A stretch of DNA of 63,367 bases, filler included, from Choristocarpus tenellus KU-1152 (lineage: Eukaryota; Protista; Phaeophyceae): NCBI GenBank assembly GCA_964200185.2. It is 12 parts of 12 records of this genome, joined end to end, with 100 filler letters (N's around TTAATTAATTAA, not from the genome) between each part and the next. Parts side by side here need not be neighbours in the genome. Positions count along the whole stretch, not along the records: positions 36,834 to 45,807 come from CAXNAD020004146.1; positions 45,908 to 49,680 come from CAXNAD020018003.1; positions 49,781 to 53,536 come from CAXNAD020018125.1; 9 more parts are not named here. One strand, written 5' to 3'. Under the pieces are notes generated by a model. That model did no database searches, had not been told where the DNA came from, and worked only from the letters and a program-made list of their open reading frames with translations. Numbering within the stretch: the first letter of the stretch is position 1; each line of letters starts with the position of its first letter. Positions 38,496 through 49,944 of this stretch are shown one piece after another. The translations under genes and the position numbers were made by a program.

Positions 38496-41400
38496 ATGAA
38501 GGTATTGGGTTGTATCTTAACATGTCTAGCCGTGAAAGAGGTGGCAGCATTCCTGCCCAGCTTTGTTCCCTCTCCAGGTGTAGGCATTAGTCAAAAAACG
38601 ACGTCCCGACATTTGTTCACCCCTGTGTCGAGGATAGGTTCCAAACCATCAGTTGTGCGCATGGTGTTGGGTGCTGAACCATCTCGCATCTTTGAAAAGG
38701 ACACCCCTTCAGCATTGGAGACGGTAGAATCGGAGGTGGAGGCTCCGAAAAAGAATGCTATCTTCGAGGCCTACGTTAAGGGGTCTGAAGTGTTCACCAA
38801 CCTCTTCCCTGTGTGGCTCACGGTATTCTCGGCTGTAGCGCTGAAGGATCCATCAGCCTTTGCATGGTTTACAACAGAGTGAGTGATCCACACATCTATC
38901 TTCTAGTAGACCCTTTTCAAAAGGTGGAGGTGAAGGTGTGAGACGAGCTTCAATGTTTTACGTATCTCTTCAAATGCACAGTAGAGATACGCCCTGCCCT
39001 GTAGGTTTGCAAACTCCTCCAATCTTTTCCGTATTTGCGTTTAAGAACATGTGAGTTAGCTCATGCGCTAGTCCCACAACTTCGTTCGTCCCAGATTGTC
39101 CTATGTGTGAAACCCTAGCGATGTTTTGGTGCAGACCTTTGACTTGAATTCTGACTTGGCTCACCTGGTTCCTTCCTATACATTAAGTTCCTTTTACGAT
39201 GGTGACTGTTCCCGGCGGGGTAAATTGTAGGTTTTACGGGGACGTACATGATGGTACTGTGGAAGCATGAAGCAGTGAAGATCAAGTAATGTTATTTCAA
39301 GTAACTTCGGACCTATCTGGTGCATGAATGTCGTGTACCTATCATCCCTGTCCTTTCCGTTACCCGGCACGTACACAGAATTGATGTTTTATTCGATTCT
39401 CTTCGTCCAACCCACTGGAATAAGTGTATCTCTACAGTCGCCACCCCTCTCACTTTTCCAATTTCCCATCATTTAGCCTGTGATACTTACAAGGCAATGC
39501 TCAAAACGCAGTTTTGGCAAAGAAGAAAGAAGTGGATGTAAATGACCAGGGATTGATCATTCATACCTGTCCAAATCACACCCCAACTATGTTTCGTCAC
39601 AATGCTGCACAGGTATTTCACAGCTGGCCTTGCCGTTCTGATGCTCTCCATGGGCATCACCCTCAGCCCTGCTGATTTTGTCAACGTGCTCAAGCGTCCT
39701 AATGCTGTACTGGTGGGATTTGCTTTTTGCTATGTAATGATGCCTGGACTGGCCTATGCTCTTGGGGCCGCAGCAGGACTCAGCCCGGCCCTCCTTGCTG
39801 GGCTAGTGCTTGTTGGTTGCATCAACGGGGGTCAGGCATCTAACCTATGCACCTTCATTGCCAACGGCAATGTGAGTGGGGAAGGGAGTGAGAGGAAAAT
39901 GCATATTTGTTCTTGGAAGTAGAAATGTACAATAGACCATTCCTCCTGCCTCCTACACTACACCTCCTTCATCATATCCACGTTAAAACACTTACCATCG
40001 ATTTGCTGGGGACTTGTGTGAAGGAAATGCCAAAACCTTGAGTGATAAATTGATCACATCAAATTTTGATACATTTGCTGTGGGATGCATACTGCTACAC
40101 ATTCAGGTGGCATTGTCCGTGATGATGACTACCATTACCACCCTTGGTGCCATTGTCATGACTCCTTTACTGTGCAAGCTTCTCCTAGGGACTGTTGTAC
40201 CAGTTGATGCTGTCGGCATTGCTATCTCCACCATCCAGGTGACCTGCCCCTGCCACTCACTAGTGGAGGGGTACATTGTGTTATGCTGCTGAGGAAGGGC
40301 CACATGTAAACTGCTTTTTGTTTGAAGTATTAAGTTCAAACTCTAGATGCAGTAGTGAGAAATATCTGCATTGCTTGGTAGGTCTACTTGAATATTTGTC
40401 CTTGATATGTGGAAAACTCTGAATGTCCAGCACGATTCCTCTTCCGATTTTGTATGTCAAATTCTACATTTTCTCTGAGTATTTGCACTGAGCATCTGTA
40501 TTACACCTCCACTATTTTAGAGATATTGAGGACTAAACATCAATGTTCTCACATCTTGACAAGGTGGTGCTGGCACCCATCATGGTGGGAATGGCAACCA
40601 ACAAGTTCTTCCCCAAGGCCGTCAAGATCATGCTTCCTGTGACCCCTGTTGTTGGTGTTCTGTCCACTTGCCTACTTGTTGCCTCTGCAGTGGCTCAGGT
40701 GTGAGATGGTGTGAGACTGCCCTTTCTTGGAGTTAGCTCCTTGAGCTCGGAAAGACAAGTTTCAATTGTGTTGTGAATGTACTTGGATGATTCCCTTTCC
40801 CCACAGACACCTAACTACCTGCCCATAGTGACATACACCTAATTCATAACCTGATTCCAATCTGCATTTTCTATGTGAAGTGATGCCTTACGCCGTGCGT
40901 GGGACTCCATACAAAGTTTTCTGTTGGTAGCTATGTCAAATGCCCCCTTTTCGCACCTCTTTCATTCAATTCCGTCATTCTCCAGGTGGCTCCAACAATC
41001 ATCTCTGCAGGCTTGAGACTGCAGATCCCCATCATCCTTCTGCACCTTCTTGGTGGACTTCTTGGATACATGGTCAGTTCAAACCAAGTAGTAACTATAA
41101 TGACATTTTCTCCGTCCTCCTAGCTTCTTATCATTCTTGCTCTCAGCTGAGCTTGGTGCCATTTTCTGATATTGGAGTCAAGATTCGAATTTTCCTTTCT
41201 GTCTTCGCCACTTCCCCTTACGGTAGTTGATGACTATCTCCTCCCCTCTGCCAGTAACCCACATATCCTTGCTGTTGTTCTCACCCTGTTCTTTGGCGTG
41301 TTGATTCTTCTTGAAACATGAGTGTGACCTGCTATCCCCCAGAAGTGTTTCACCCATGCTTTGTATTCTTTTTTGAACAGCTCCCGCGTTGGATGGGATT

Positions 41401-41896
41401 CTCTGAGGTGTCATCCCGCACAATGGCAATTGAGACAAGCATGAAATCATCGGCGTTTGGTTTCCTTCTAGCCAAGCTCCACTTTGGGGCATTTGAAGCC
41501 CGAGTTCCAGCAGCGGTATCTGTGGTGTGGATGGCTATTACGGGGTCTCTTTTGGCTATTATCTGGAGGTATATACCTGTTAAGACACCCCCATTCGACC
41601 GGAGTGTCAAGGAGAGATTTGAAAAGGTCAGTCTTCATTGTTATGGATAAGGGATCAAGAGTATAGACTTGTGTTTGTATTGGTATGTCGTTGAGTGTGT
41701 AGATGTTTGCAATTGGCGTTAAACTTGTTATGTGGCATGTATTCATTCCTTCTAAATGCGTTTTCCAAGCTTCTCTGCCGTGACCCCCTCTTAACCCTGC
41801 CCTCCCGTGCTTGCCTTTCAGATCAACTTTGTCAACGTTGTTCAGAGGATACTTAAGGGCAAGGATGAGAACGGAGTGGAGCCAAAGTTGGCGTAA
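38496..41896 (+). CDS. Plastid-targeted bile acid:sodium symporter (BASS/SBF, BASS1/2-like), 438 aa. Exons 38496-38878, 39613-39871, 40107-40238, 40564-40698, 40986-41072, 41381-41626, 41822-41896.
   Basis: All introns are GT-AG and the spliced length is 1317 nt, in frame. Motifs [30 protein letters not shown] and SRTMAIET. Signal peptide ending VAA-FLP (ASAFAP type) followed by a transit peptide. Confidence 0.93.
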
Positions 41897-44769
41897 GTCT
41901 AAATTAGGTTAGACATTTTGATGGTTGGCTCTAATCTGCTACCCTCATCCATACTGCATGTGGGAAACATACCATGGTGCATTCTTTCCCAGGTTGTGCT
42001 TATGCAGAGTTCACATGGTGTACAAGCGTTTTTCCAGCCACCTCATTTGCTACCTGTACAATTACTTGCACAAAGTGGGGATAGGAATACCACAGTCTTG
42101 GTTTGTGCTGTGCCCTCTCCATGCACCACTGCCTGCGTTTTGGCCTCAGTGCCATCTATATATGTATGTATGCTGCCTCGCTTAGGAGTACAAGGAATGG
42201 ACTGTGTGAGATTTTAATGTTCGTTGGGCACACTGAGAGTGATGTGAAATAGTAACTAATTTGGTACCTGTGAGCTGTTGCTTCTCAATATCTCGATATG
42301 TCATAGTTGCACTGAGAATATGATGTATTTTGTTATTTTTATGTTTGAGAAAATTCCTTTTCTTACTCTGCGCACCCTATTTTATGGTCAAGTATTTGAT
42401 ATCTGAGGGACCATTTCCTTTGTGCGATACCTAGTAACTAACTGATAACCCCTATGGTGCATGGTAAGGTTCACGAGGATGAAATGTGAAGGTGCGCTTG
42501 TGTGGTGTGATGCAGTGCCACAATAAAGGGCATTCATACTTTTTGGGATGTCCTTGCCCCCATCTCTATTTGACATTTCCTTTTGTGTGTGCTAGATTAG
42601 ATTATCCAGGTGATAGTACATACATATCAGATATATGTGTTTGTCTGCTACATTGCTTATGTGTGTGTGAAGGATACGAAGATATGACAGTGACTACCAA
42701 TAGTTGAAATTGCTGTGCTTTCACCAGATTTGCTAAATGCAGTACTAGACTGTGGACTAGTCTGGTTAGAATATGTGTGAGCAGATCTGATCTAGGTCCG
42801 TCAAAGAGTATAGCTAGACAGGGCCACAGACCAGCTCTGGTTACGACATACTATCCAACAGAGTGCTCTGTGTTCGCCTCTTAGACCCAAGTCAGTTCAC
42901 CCTTGAGTTGTGTTGGTGGTTTGAAGTGTTTCAATGTTGATTAAATTTATTCACACATCGAAAATGACAGTACCTAGGGGTCACCAGTTGATCCAAGACT
43001 AAAGTAGAAGCACATCAGTGGATACTCAACTTTGGATGGGATGATGACCTTTATCTTGTCATTGATTGCGCTAATATAATTTTAATGTTCAAGGACGTAT
43101 TTGTGTATCATTAAATATGTACTTATATCCCCCTTCAGAAAACGTTAATGGGTTGAAGGTTTCATTACGATCTTCTGTTGCAGTTGTACAGTAGTACTGC
43201 AATGTAGACAGAAAATAGCACATAATTGCAAAACAAACATTTTGCCCAGTGACTCCTTGAATGGGTGCCTACGATTTTCGTGGTTAAATGTGTCAATGGC
43301 TACATTTCCGAGTGGAACTTTGTCACCTCCTTGATTTATGTTAATGGTTAAACCTTATCAAAGAGGTTGTCAATGGCCTCTTACCCATCCTGTCTACTGT
43401 TTTGCATGGGCTTTTTGAGCATGATGGACACAATTCTTGACAGTTAATGATTGGTGTAGACCCCTGCCGTAGGAGTTGTCCTCTTCAGAACCCACTTAGT
43501 GGATGGGGGTTGATTTTCTTCCTTTCGAAATACAGCCCCCACATCATCACTGCTGTGTTAAGATTGTGGGGAGAGTGTATTATTTCGGGAGTGGTTCTTT
43601 TTCACCTGCATGTCCTTTCCTTTGCTTTCTTCACTGTTCCTTCTTGGAATCTTTTGCTTCCCTTTTTACAGTTCATATTTGCTTTTCTCAACAAGTGCGT
43701 ATCCATACCTTGTCATTTGTAGGTGCTTTGGAATCTTTCACCAAAAATGTGATGACAAAAAAGATACTTCGATACTACTTCTATTATAGGCACTTTCATT
43801 TCTCTCAGCGTATTAATGACATTTGTAAGGGAATGTCACAAGGTTCCACCCCACCACTCATAATACTGTTCAAGTACACATTCATAAAAGGGCCAGTGGG
43901 CAAGAACAGGGGTAGCTGGCCCATTTGGGACATAAAGCAAGTTTAACAGAGGGTAATGGGGTCCTCTGTTAGGAGACACCTCGTAATATCACCCTCTACC
44001 CTTTCTTGTCCCTATAAGAACCGATCACCAAAAATGAGGATGCATAATATGGTGGATGTGTTTATAACCCAAAATGGTGCGCGGAAAGTGCCCGTATGTT
44101 GCTTTTGTAAATGTTACAGCACTTTTTAAGGGGCCCTTTTTGAATGTGAATCCATGCCGAAGGTGGTAGTAGGACAGTGTGTGGGGGGCGGCAATGTTTT
44201 CGTTTGATCGTCGTGCACATGTGTGTCCTACGTTGGCTTGCTTGAATAATTAGTGCGTGGAGTCATTTGACTGTCGATGGTGGAGGTGGTAGAAAATAAT
44301 AGTACTTACCAAGTAGTTTTTTTCGGGGCGGCGTTTCATCGTCATTATGGATGGTTTGATTGACTGAGAAGTGTTATTTTCCCATTTTATTAAATTGTTT
44401 TATCAATTATTGCTATGGTCGCCAAGTAGAAGAAGCTAACACTGAGCACATGTAAGTGTTGACATTATATGATGATTGACCTCTTTGTACGAATATCTCA
44501 GTCATGCCCGAGCTATCGTTTGTTGTGATTTGCACACCCCCCCCCCCACCTTGTCAGATAGGTCAATCTGCATTTATCTATTTCCTCGGGCAAGTTGTTA
44601 GACTTGTAACACATCGCAAGAGAATAACAGGGAGAAGGAGAATAAGGCCACCGTATCTAGAGCTAAAATATAGTAAAAAAAAATCTTCCAGCACATAAAA
44701 AAAAGAAAACATCAGCTTCATCAATTTGCTGCTCATTCGTTGTACCCCTCCTCCCCCCGCCACTGCGAG

Positions 44770-45790
44770 AACTGTGCATGTCACCTGAAGCAAGAATGGA
44801 TGCCAATGCTGGAAAGCATGCTACCGGGAGTTCAACAGACACACGAACAACCTGCTTGAATGAACTACTGGACAAACGAGGCATCATCAACAACAACACT
44901 CCCGTATCCTCTGTTTGCCGTTGGTCAATCATTATTTTTCCGACGTGTGCACCCGCCCACCTCTCCCCCCCCCGTCCTTCCCTCCCCCCGTCCCGATCCC
45001 CATCTTACTCTTCTTTGTCATCCCCTTCATCCTTCTCTCCATCCTCCTCTTCATCATCCTCTTGTTCCTACTCGTCCTCTTCCACGTCGCTGACATACTC
45101 CGGGTCATCTTCCATGGCAGAATCACCGGCGCCCCTCCACACCTTGCGACCTTTCCCCTTTCCACCTGTGAGGGAAGAGGGACACTTGCGCTTTCTAGTG
45201 GTCATTGGTGTCAAGTCCGAGTCCGAATCCAGCACTTCAAATCCACGAGAATGCACTACCGTAAGGCCCGGTAGCACGTTGAATGGTGATCTCGTGTCAT
45301 TCTTTGTCCGGGGTTTGCACACCCTCCCGACTACGGGCGTGACGATCATCTGTCCAGGGCCAACCTGGGAGAAGGGGAGGAGGACCTGATGATGGCTTCC
45401 GCTCTGCGGAACTTTTGACGTGAATTCAATGTTGGCGTCGTTTGCCTTCTCGGTCCAACGCATGTAGTGGAGAGGGCAAGTGACTGCCACGCGCAAGTAG
45501 AGCTCTGCGCGCGGCCCACACACCTCTGTTCCAGGTGAACGCATGCGCTTGAGCTGTTTGTTGTTGGCCACATGAAGCAGACGAATGCACTGTTCTTCTT
45601 GGTCGTCAAGAGAGATCGAACGGAAGGCCTCTGATCGAGAGTTGCACACTTCAAGATCACCCCACGCAGAGAGGTCATTTCCGCCGACTTTGTAGTCTTT
45701 CCCGTCAAGCAGGAATAAGGCGATTTTGGCGGGATTCGAGGACGAGTTTGCACGCGGCTGAGCATTGCGGAAGGCAAAGACGGCGGTGGG
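44770..45790 (-). pseudogene. Disrupted ORF with a SAP-like motif and an acidic tract, probably transposon-borne
   Basis: LKRMRSPGTEVCGPRAELYLRV resembles the SAP consensus; RKRK basic patch; E/D-rich run broken by in-frame TAG/TAA. Confidence 0.35.
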
Positions 45791-45907
45791 GTTGGGGGGG
45801 TGGAGGGNNNNNNNNNNNNNNNNNNNNNNNNNNNNNNNNNNNNNNNNNNNNTTAATTAATTAANNNNNNNNNNNNNNNNNNNNNNNNNNNNNNNNNNNNN
45901 NNNNNNN

Positions 45908-45942
45908 CCTGGTGTAGACCCCCCCCCCAGATACTTTGGGTC
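45908..45942 (-). mobile_element. MITE family C end
   Basis: cctggtgtagaccccccccccagatactttgggtc. Confidence 0.8.
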
Positions 45943-45959
45943 AGTCAAGACTCCACGAA

Positions 45960-46720
45960 TTCTTTCAGACCCTTTCAGCTTTCCTTTAGGCAAAGCCATT
46001 GATACAGCTTTTTGCATCAATCTTCCAACCCACAACTACCCTCTCCGTATTCCAGTCCGCAAGTTTCTTCGTCGACAAAATTCGGGGCTGGCCAGTCAAG
46101 CAAGGTCCAAGCAAACGAATATGGTATGACACCAGGAACAGAATAGCCAAGACAAGTCTCATCCTCAAAGTATTGAATTTAGGTCAAAATGCTGTCATCC
46201 GCAAATATCCGTGAGAAGAACCGACCTTTCTTTCGTTCCCCGTACATGTCTCGGAACTACCACATATCATCCAAAACAAAAAATCCCTTTCATTTTTCTG
46301 TGGTGGAAAAGCTACACCTGCAGCAACCCCTGCCTCAGGTAAAACATTAGTAGATAATGGGGTTGTCTAACAAAGTTAGCATTCCAGTGTACTTGCAACC
46401 ATGCCCCGCTAACTTGGGCTGCTCCTCGAATCGAATTGCAGCCTAAAATCGCAACGACAGGTTTACTGACTACATTAACAAAGTCTGCAGCTCCATTTGG
46501 GGTCTATTGGGATTTGACGAAACGCACCTTTGACATCATACCTACGACAAGTCTCGCATCCAGGAACTTCCTCAGCCCAAGTATTCTATGCAACATATCA
46601 TGGAGGACTGTAGCACGATTTAATGGGGAGAGGAGCTTCAAAATCAGTATCAGAATTCACACTAGGTTTATGAACTATCCTCATCTTCGCGGTTTCTTGA
46701 ACAACTTCTACCTCTAAGAC
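45960..46720 (-). pseudogene. Degenerate DIRS/Ngaro-type reverse transcriptase relic
   Basis: Minus-strand DVKGAFRQIPIDP, DFRLQFDSRSSP and ILSTKKLADWNTERVVVGWKIDA match tyrosine-recombinase retroelement RT motifs (D...AFRQ, L.FGW..SP, LGW..DT). Confidence 0.7.
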
Positions 46721-49610
46721 AACCGATACCCGCCATTGTGTTTCAAACCGAGCTGACTCAACCTAGGGTGGGACAATGATGCCCTTGATGTTTAATATAA
46801 CAGGCAGAAGGTGATGCCAGTATGAAAAATATTAGCACCAATTCTTAGGACCAAGGGGCACCTCTGGGATTATATCACGCATCGATTTGACATTTTTTAT
46901 TTCATGATCACATGGAAGTTATCAAGACATGATGTCGAAACCCTTCGTTGGGCTATGACCATGAACCACCACCACTCTTGATCGGAATAGGCAAAAACTA
47001 CCCCCAAACACACTGTTAAATGCCGAATCACCTGTGGTTCATGCCACCACAGGCTTCAGTAGGGTTGACTTACTGAGGATAGAGTCTTAGGTCTTGTGTA
47101 ATTCCACAATAAGAACTCATCATGATATGTCCGGACTATCAATTGAAGATTATAACATAGAGGTTGCAGAGGGGGAAAGTGTGGACATAACGAATGAAAA
47201 ATGCACAGACACGTTCGATGTGGGTGAGAAAGTATGAACGATCATGCACAAGTGGACCCAATGAGCAAGAATTGTTTAAAGCTCACGTGTATACTTCACG
47301 GAAGAAGCAAGCAGGAGTCTGGCCGGCCTGTCAAGAGGCCTTGAGAAACGCCAATGCCCCTTAAGAGCAAGGACCTAGTCAGATAGCTCCCTAATCAAAG
47401 ATCGAGTGGTGGGTAAGAGGAGGACGTAGAGGCAGCTTCTCGTAAGGGGCATTGGGGAGCTGAATGATCCTCTCGGCCTCGTGATTACCGAAGGGACTTC
47501 TGGTGAGAGGAGAGGGCAGCATGGATGGGACTCTCAATAACGAGCCTTCTGTTGATTCTTCAGAGAAAGTGAGCATAATATAGTGCTCAACAGAAGCAGT
47601 GTTGACCCGTGTTCTATGCACGCTGTTGATTCCTAGAAACCAAATCAAGGGATAACTTGGTACTGGATCCATTGGCATCTACTGGAGGATTACTGCGCGA
47701 TGGGAGGGTGGTCACGACATAGCCTCCTATACTTGTGGGTCTCGAGTGTTCACCATTTACTTAGAAATGTTACAGGCGCCCCTCAGAACTCACCTCCACA
47801 GGATGTACAACTCAAATCCAACGACCTTAAAACGACGCTATGGGGGCGTTGCCATTTACAACAGTTTGTATGGTGTCAGATAACCTTCTCTTGATACACT
47901 CCACTCAGTGCTTAGCTCAAAGCTTGACTCAATGTTTCGTTCAAAAGGTAAGACTAGCGAAAGTGGGGTGGTTTATTAACCAAAAGCCCTCTTATTATTT
48001 TCATCATCCACCCAATTTCTTTGGTCTTCTATCAACTGCTCTATAGTTACTCCAATCATAAACCTTTATTCTGCAACTTCTTAGTGACTTGGACATCTTC
48101 TTCTATAATGTTAGCTAGGTATTCTGGATCTTACTCTGCTCTTCTACGAAATCATCATTTATTCTGTAAGGCTACCTATTATGTGTTACTAGTATCGTAT
48201 ATATTTCGTACTTGTTAGAACGCGAGAAACAATCCTCACATTATACGTCTGTCACAAATGTTCGTATTTCCTAAAGCATGAGGAGAAAGTGCTCGCGCTA
48301 TTAGCCTATAACAAAGATGCCATGTTGCGTTGAGGTGGAGAGGGATTTCAATGGTGTGTCCGAAAGAAACCTGAAGATATGATAACTGTCTCTTTCATCA
48401 AGTGTATCACAAATTATAATATATTATTCCTTGTCATCGTATATATAATTTTCATGTATGTACCATATATTTTTATCACACATTATATTAGTATTCGTCG
48501 GGGATGACCTCCATTAGGGGGAATACACACTAAATACACACTACTCATACTAACTACTACTAACTAAAGGGGTTCGTTACAAAAATACCTTCCTTCGCAA
48601 GCCTAACCTAGGTTAGAAAAATAGCAATGTACTCATTACTTGGCAACGAGCAACCTTCAAGGGGACTGCTGTATTGTTGGTATTAATTGTAGAACAGTTT
48701 TTGGAGAGGTGCCTCAAGCACTGATGAGAACTGTTGTTCAAAGTAGTTCTTGGGATTTTGTTTTTGTTTTTCTCTGACACATCTCCAAATGTCAAAGGGT
48801 ATAATAATGTACTACGTCCGTGTCATAATGATACAGGCGAGTAGCGCGAGTATTTCTTACCGCTTTTTATCCGGCGCGAGCAGTGTACACGCGTGGGGAA
48901 CCCAAAATGGGGAACTCCGATTTGCTAAAAAGTTTCAGAATAAAATCTGTAACTCGGAGAAAGTCGCAAGTGTCCCCAGATGGAAAGGTTGTAAAGGGTT
49001 CTCAGATATATTCCAATATTTGTAAACCAAAGAAGCCCCAATGATAAATTATGATTAGAGATCCTAAGAACGGCTCCGAATGCCTCTGCTCGAGTTAGAG
49101 CCACAGAGATCACTTTTACTGGTATCATACACATTATTTTTCATATGCTAACTGATCCATTAAAAGTATCCCTGTTCTGCTGAGCTGACGTTCGTTGACC
49201 TGTGGATTGGACTCCTTTGGCTGTGAGAGCATCCTGGGAGCCTAGTACGAGCATAGGCGTCATTTATAGGTCTGTGGATTGGAGCTACACATCTGGTGGA
49301 GGTAAGCTTCTGGAGCGTGCCTGTAACAGTAAGTCTGTGTCGCGTCGTCCATAACTTTTGAACATGTTAATGAAATTCAATTATGAAAAAAGATTTGAAA
49401 TCCTTGACGAATTTCTGGTTAGGATCACCTCTTTTTATTATTATTAGTCCCCATCCATCGCAATTTTATCAGCCACAGAAAAAACCTCCATGTTACCTTC
49501 GGCGTGTTTCAAGCTCACCAGACAACTGCCTCTTCCATACCCCTTTGTATGTACTGTACTTGATTGTACACCAAAAAAAGGAGCTGCCAAGCCCTCTCAA
49601 GTGTAGTTTT

Positions 49611-49680
49611 GGCTCAAAGTATCTGGGGGGGGGTGACGGCTGTCCATTTGGGGCCAATTTTTTCATGTCGCGATTTTTGG
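49611..49680 (-). mobile_element. MITE family C end, truncated by a gap
   Basis: ggctcaaagtatctggggggggtgacggctgtccatttgggg. Confidence 0.85.
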
Positions 49681-49780
49681 NNNNNNNNNNNNNNNNNNNN
49701 NNNNNNNNNNNNNNNNNNNNNNNNTTAATTAATTAANNNNNNNNNNNNNNNNNNNNNNNNNNNNNNNNNNNNNNNNNNNN

Positions 49781-49869
49781 AACACGATAGCCAAAATTTT
49801 ATCAAAATCACAGCATTGTATTTTCACCCCCAAATGGACGCGGCTCTACTCTCTACGATACTTTGACTC
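49781..49869 (-). mobile_element. MITE family A end, truncated by a gap
   Basis: ccaaatggacgcggctctactctctacgatactttgactc. Confidence 0.85.
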
Positions 49870-49944
49870 AAGGCTGCCTCGTACAGAAGTTGCACCAGAT
49901 ATTTTTGGCTGCCACCGAATACAAACGTTGGCTATCAACTCCCC

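Noticed and set aside
44778-45389. Plus-strand Ser/Pro-rich 203-aa ORF
   Set aside because: Antisense shadow of the acidic minus-strand ORF
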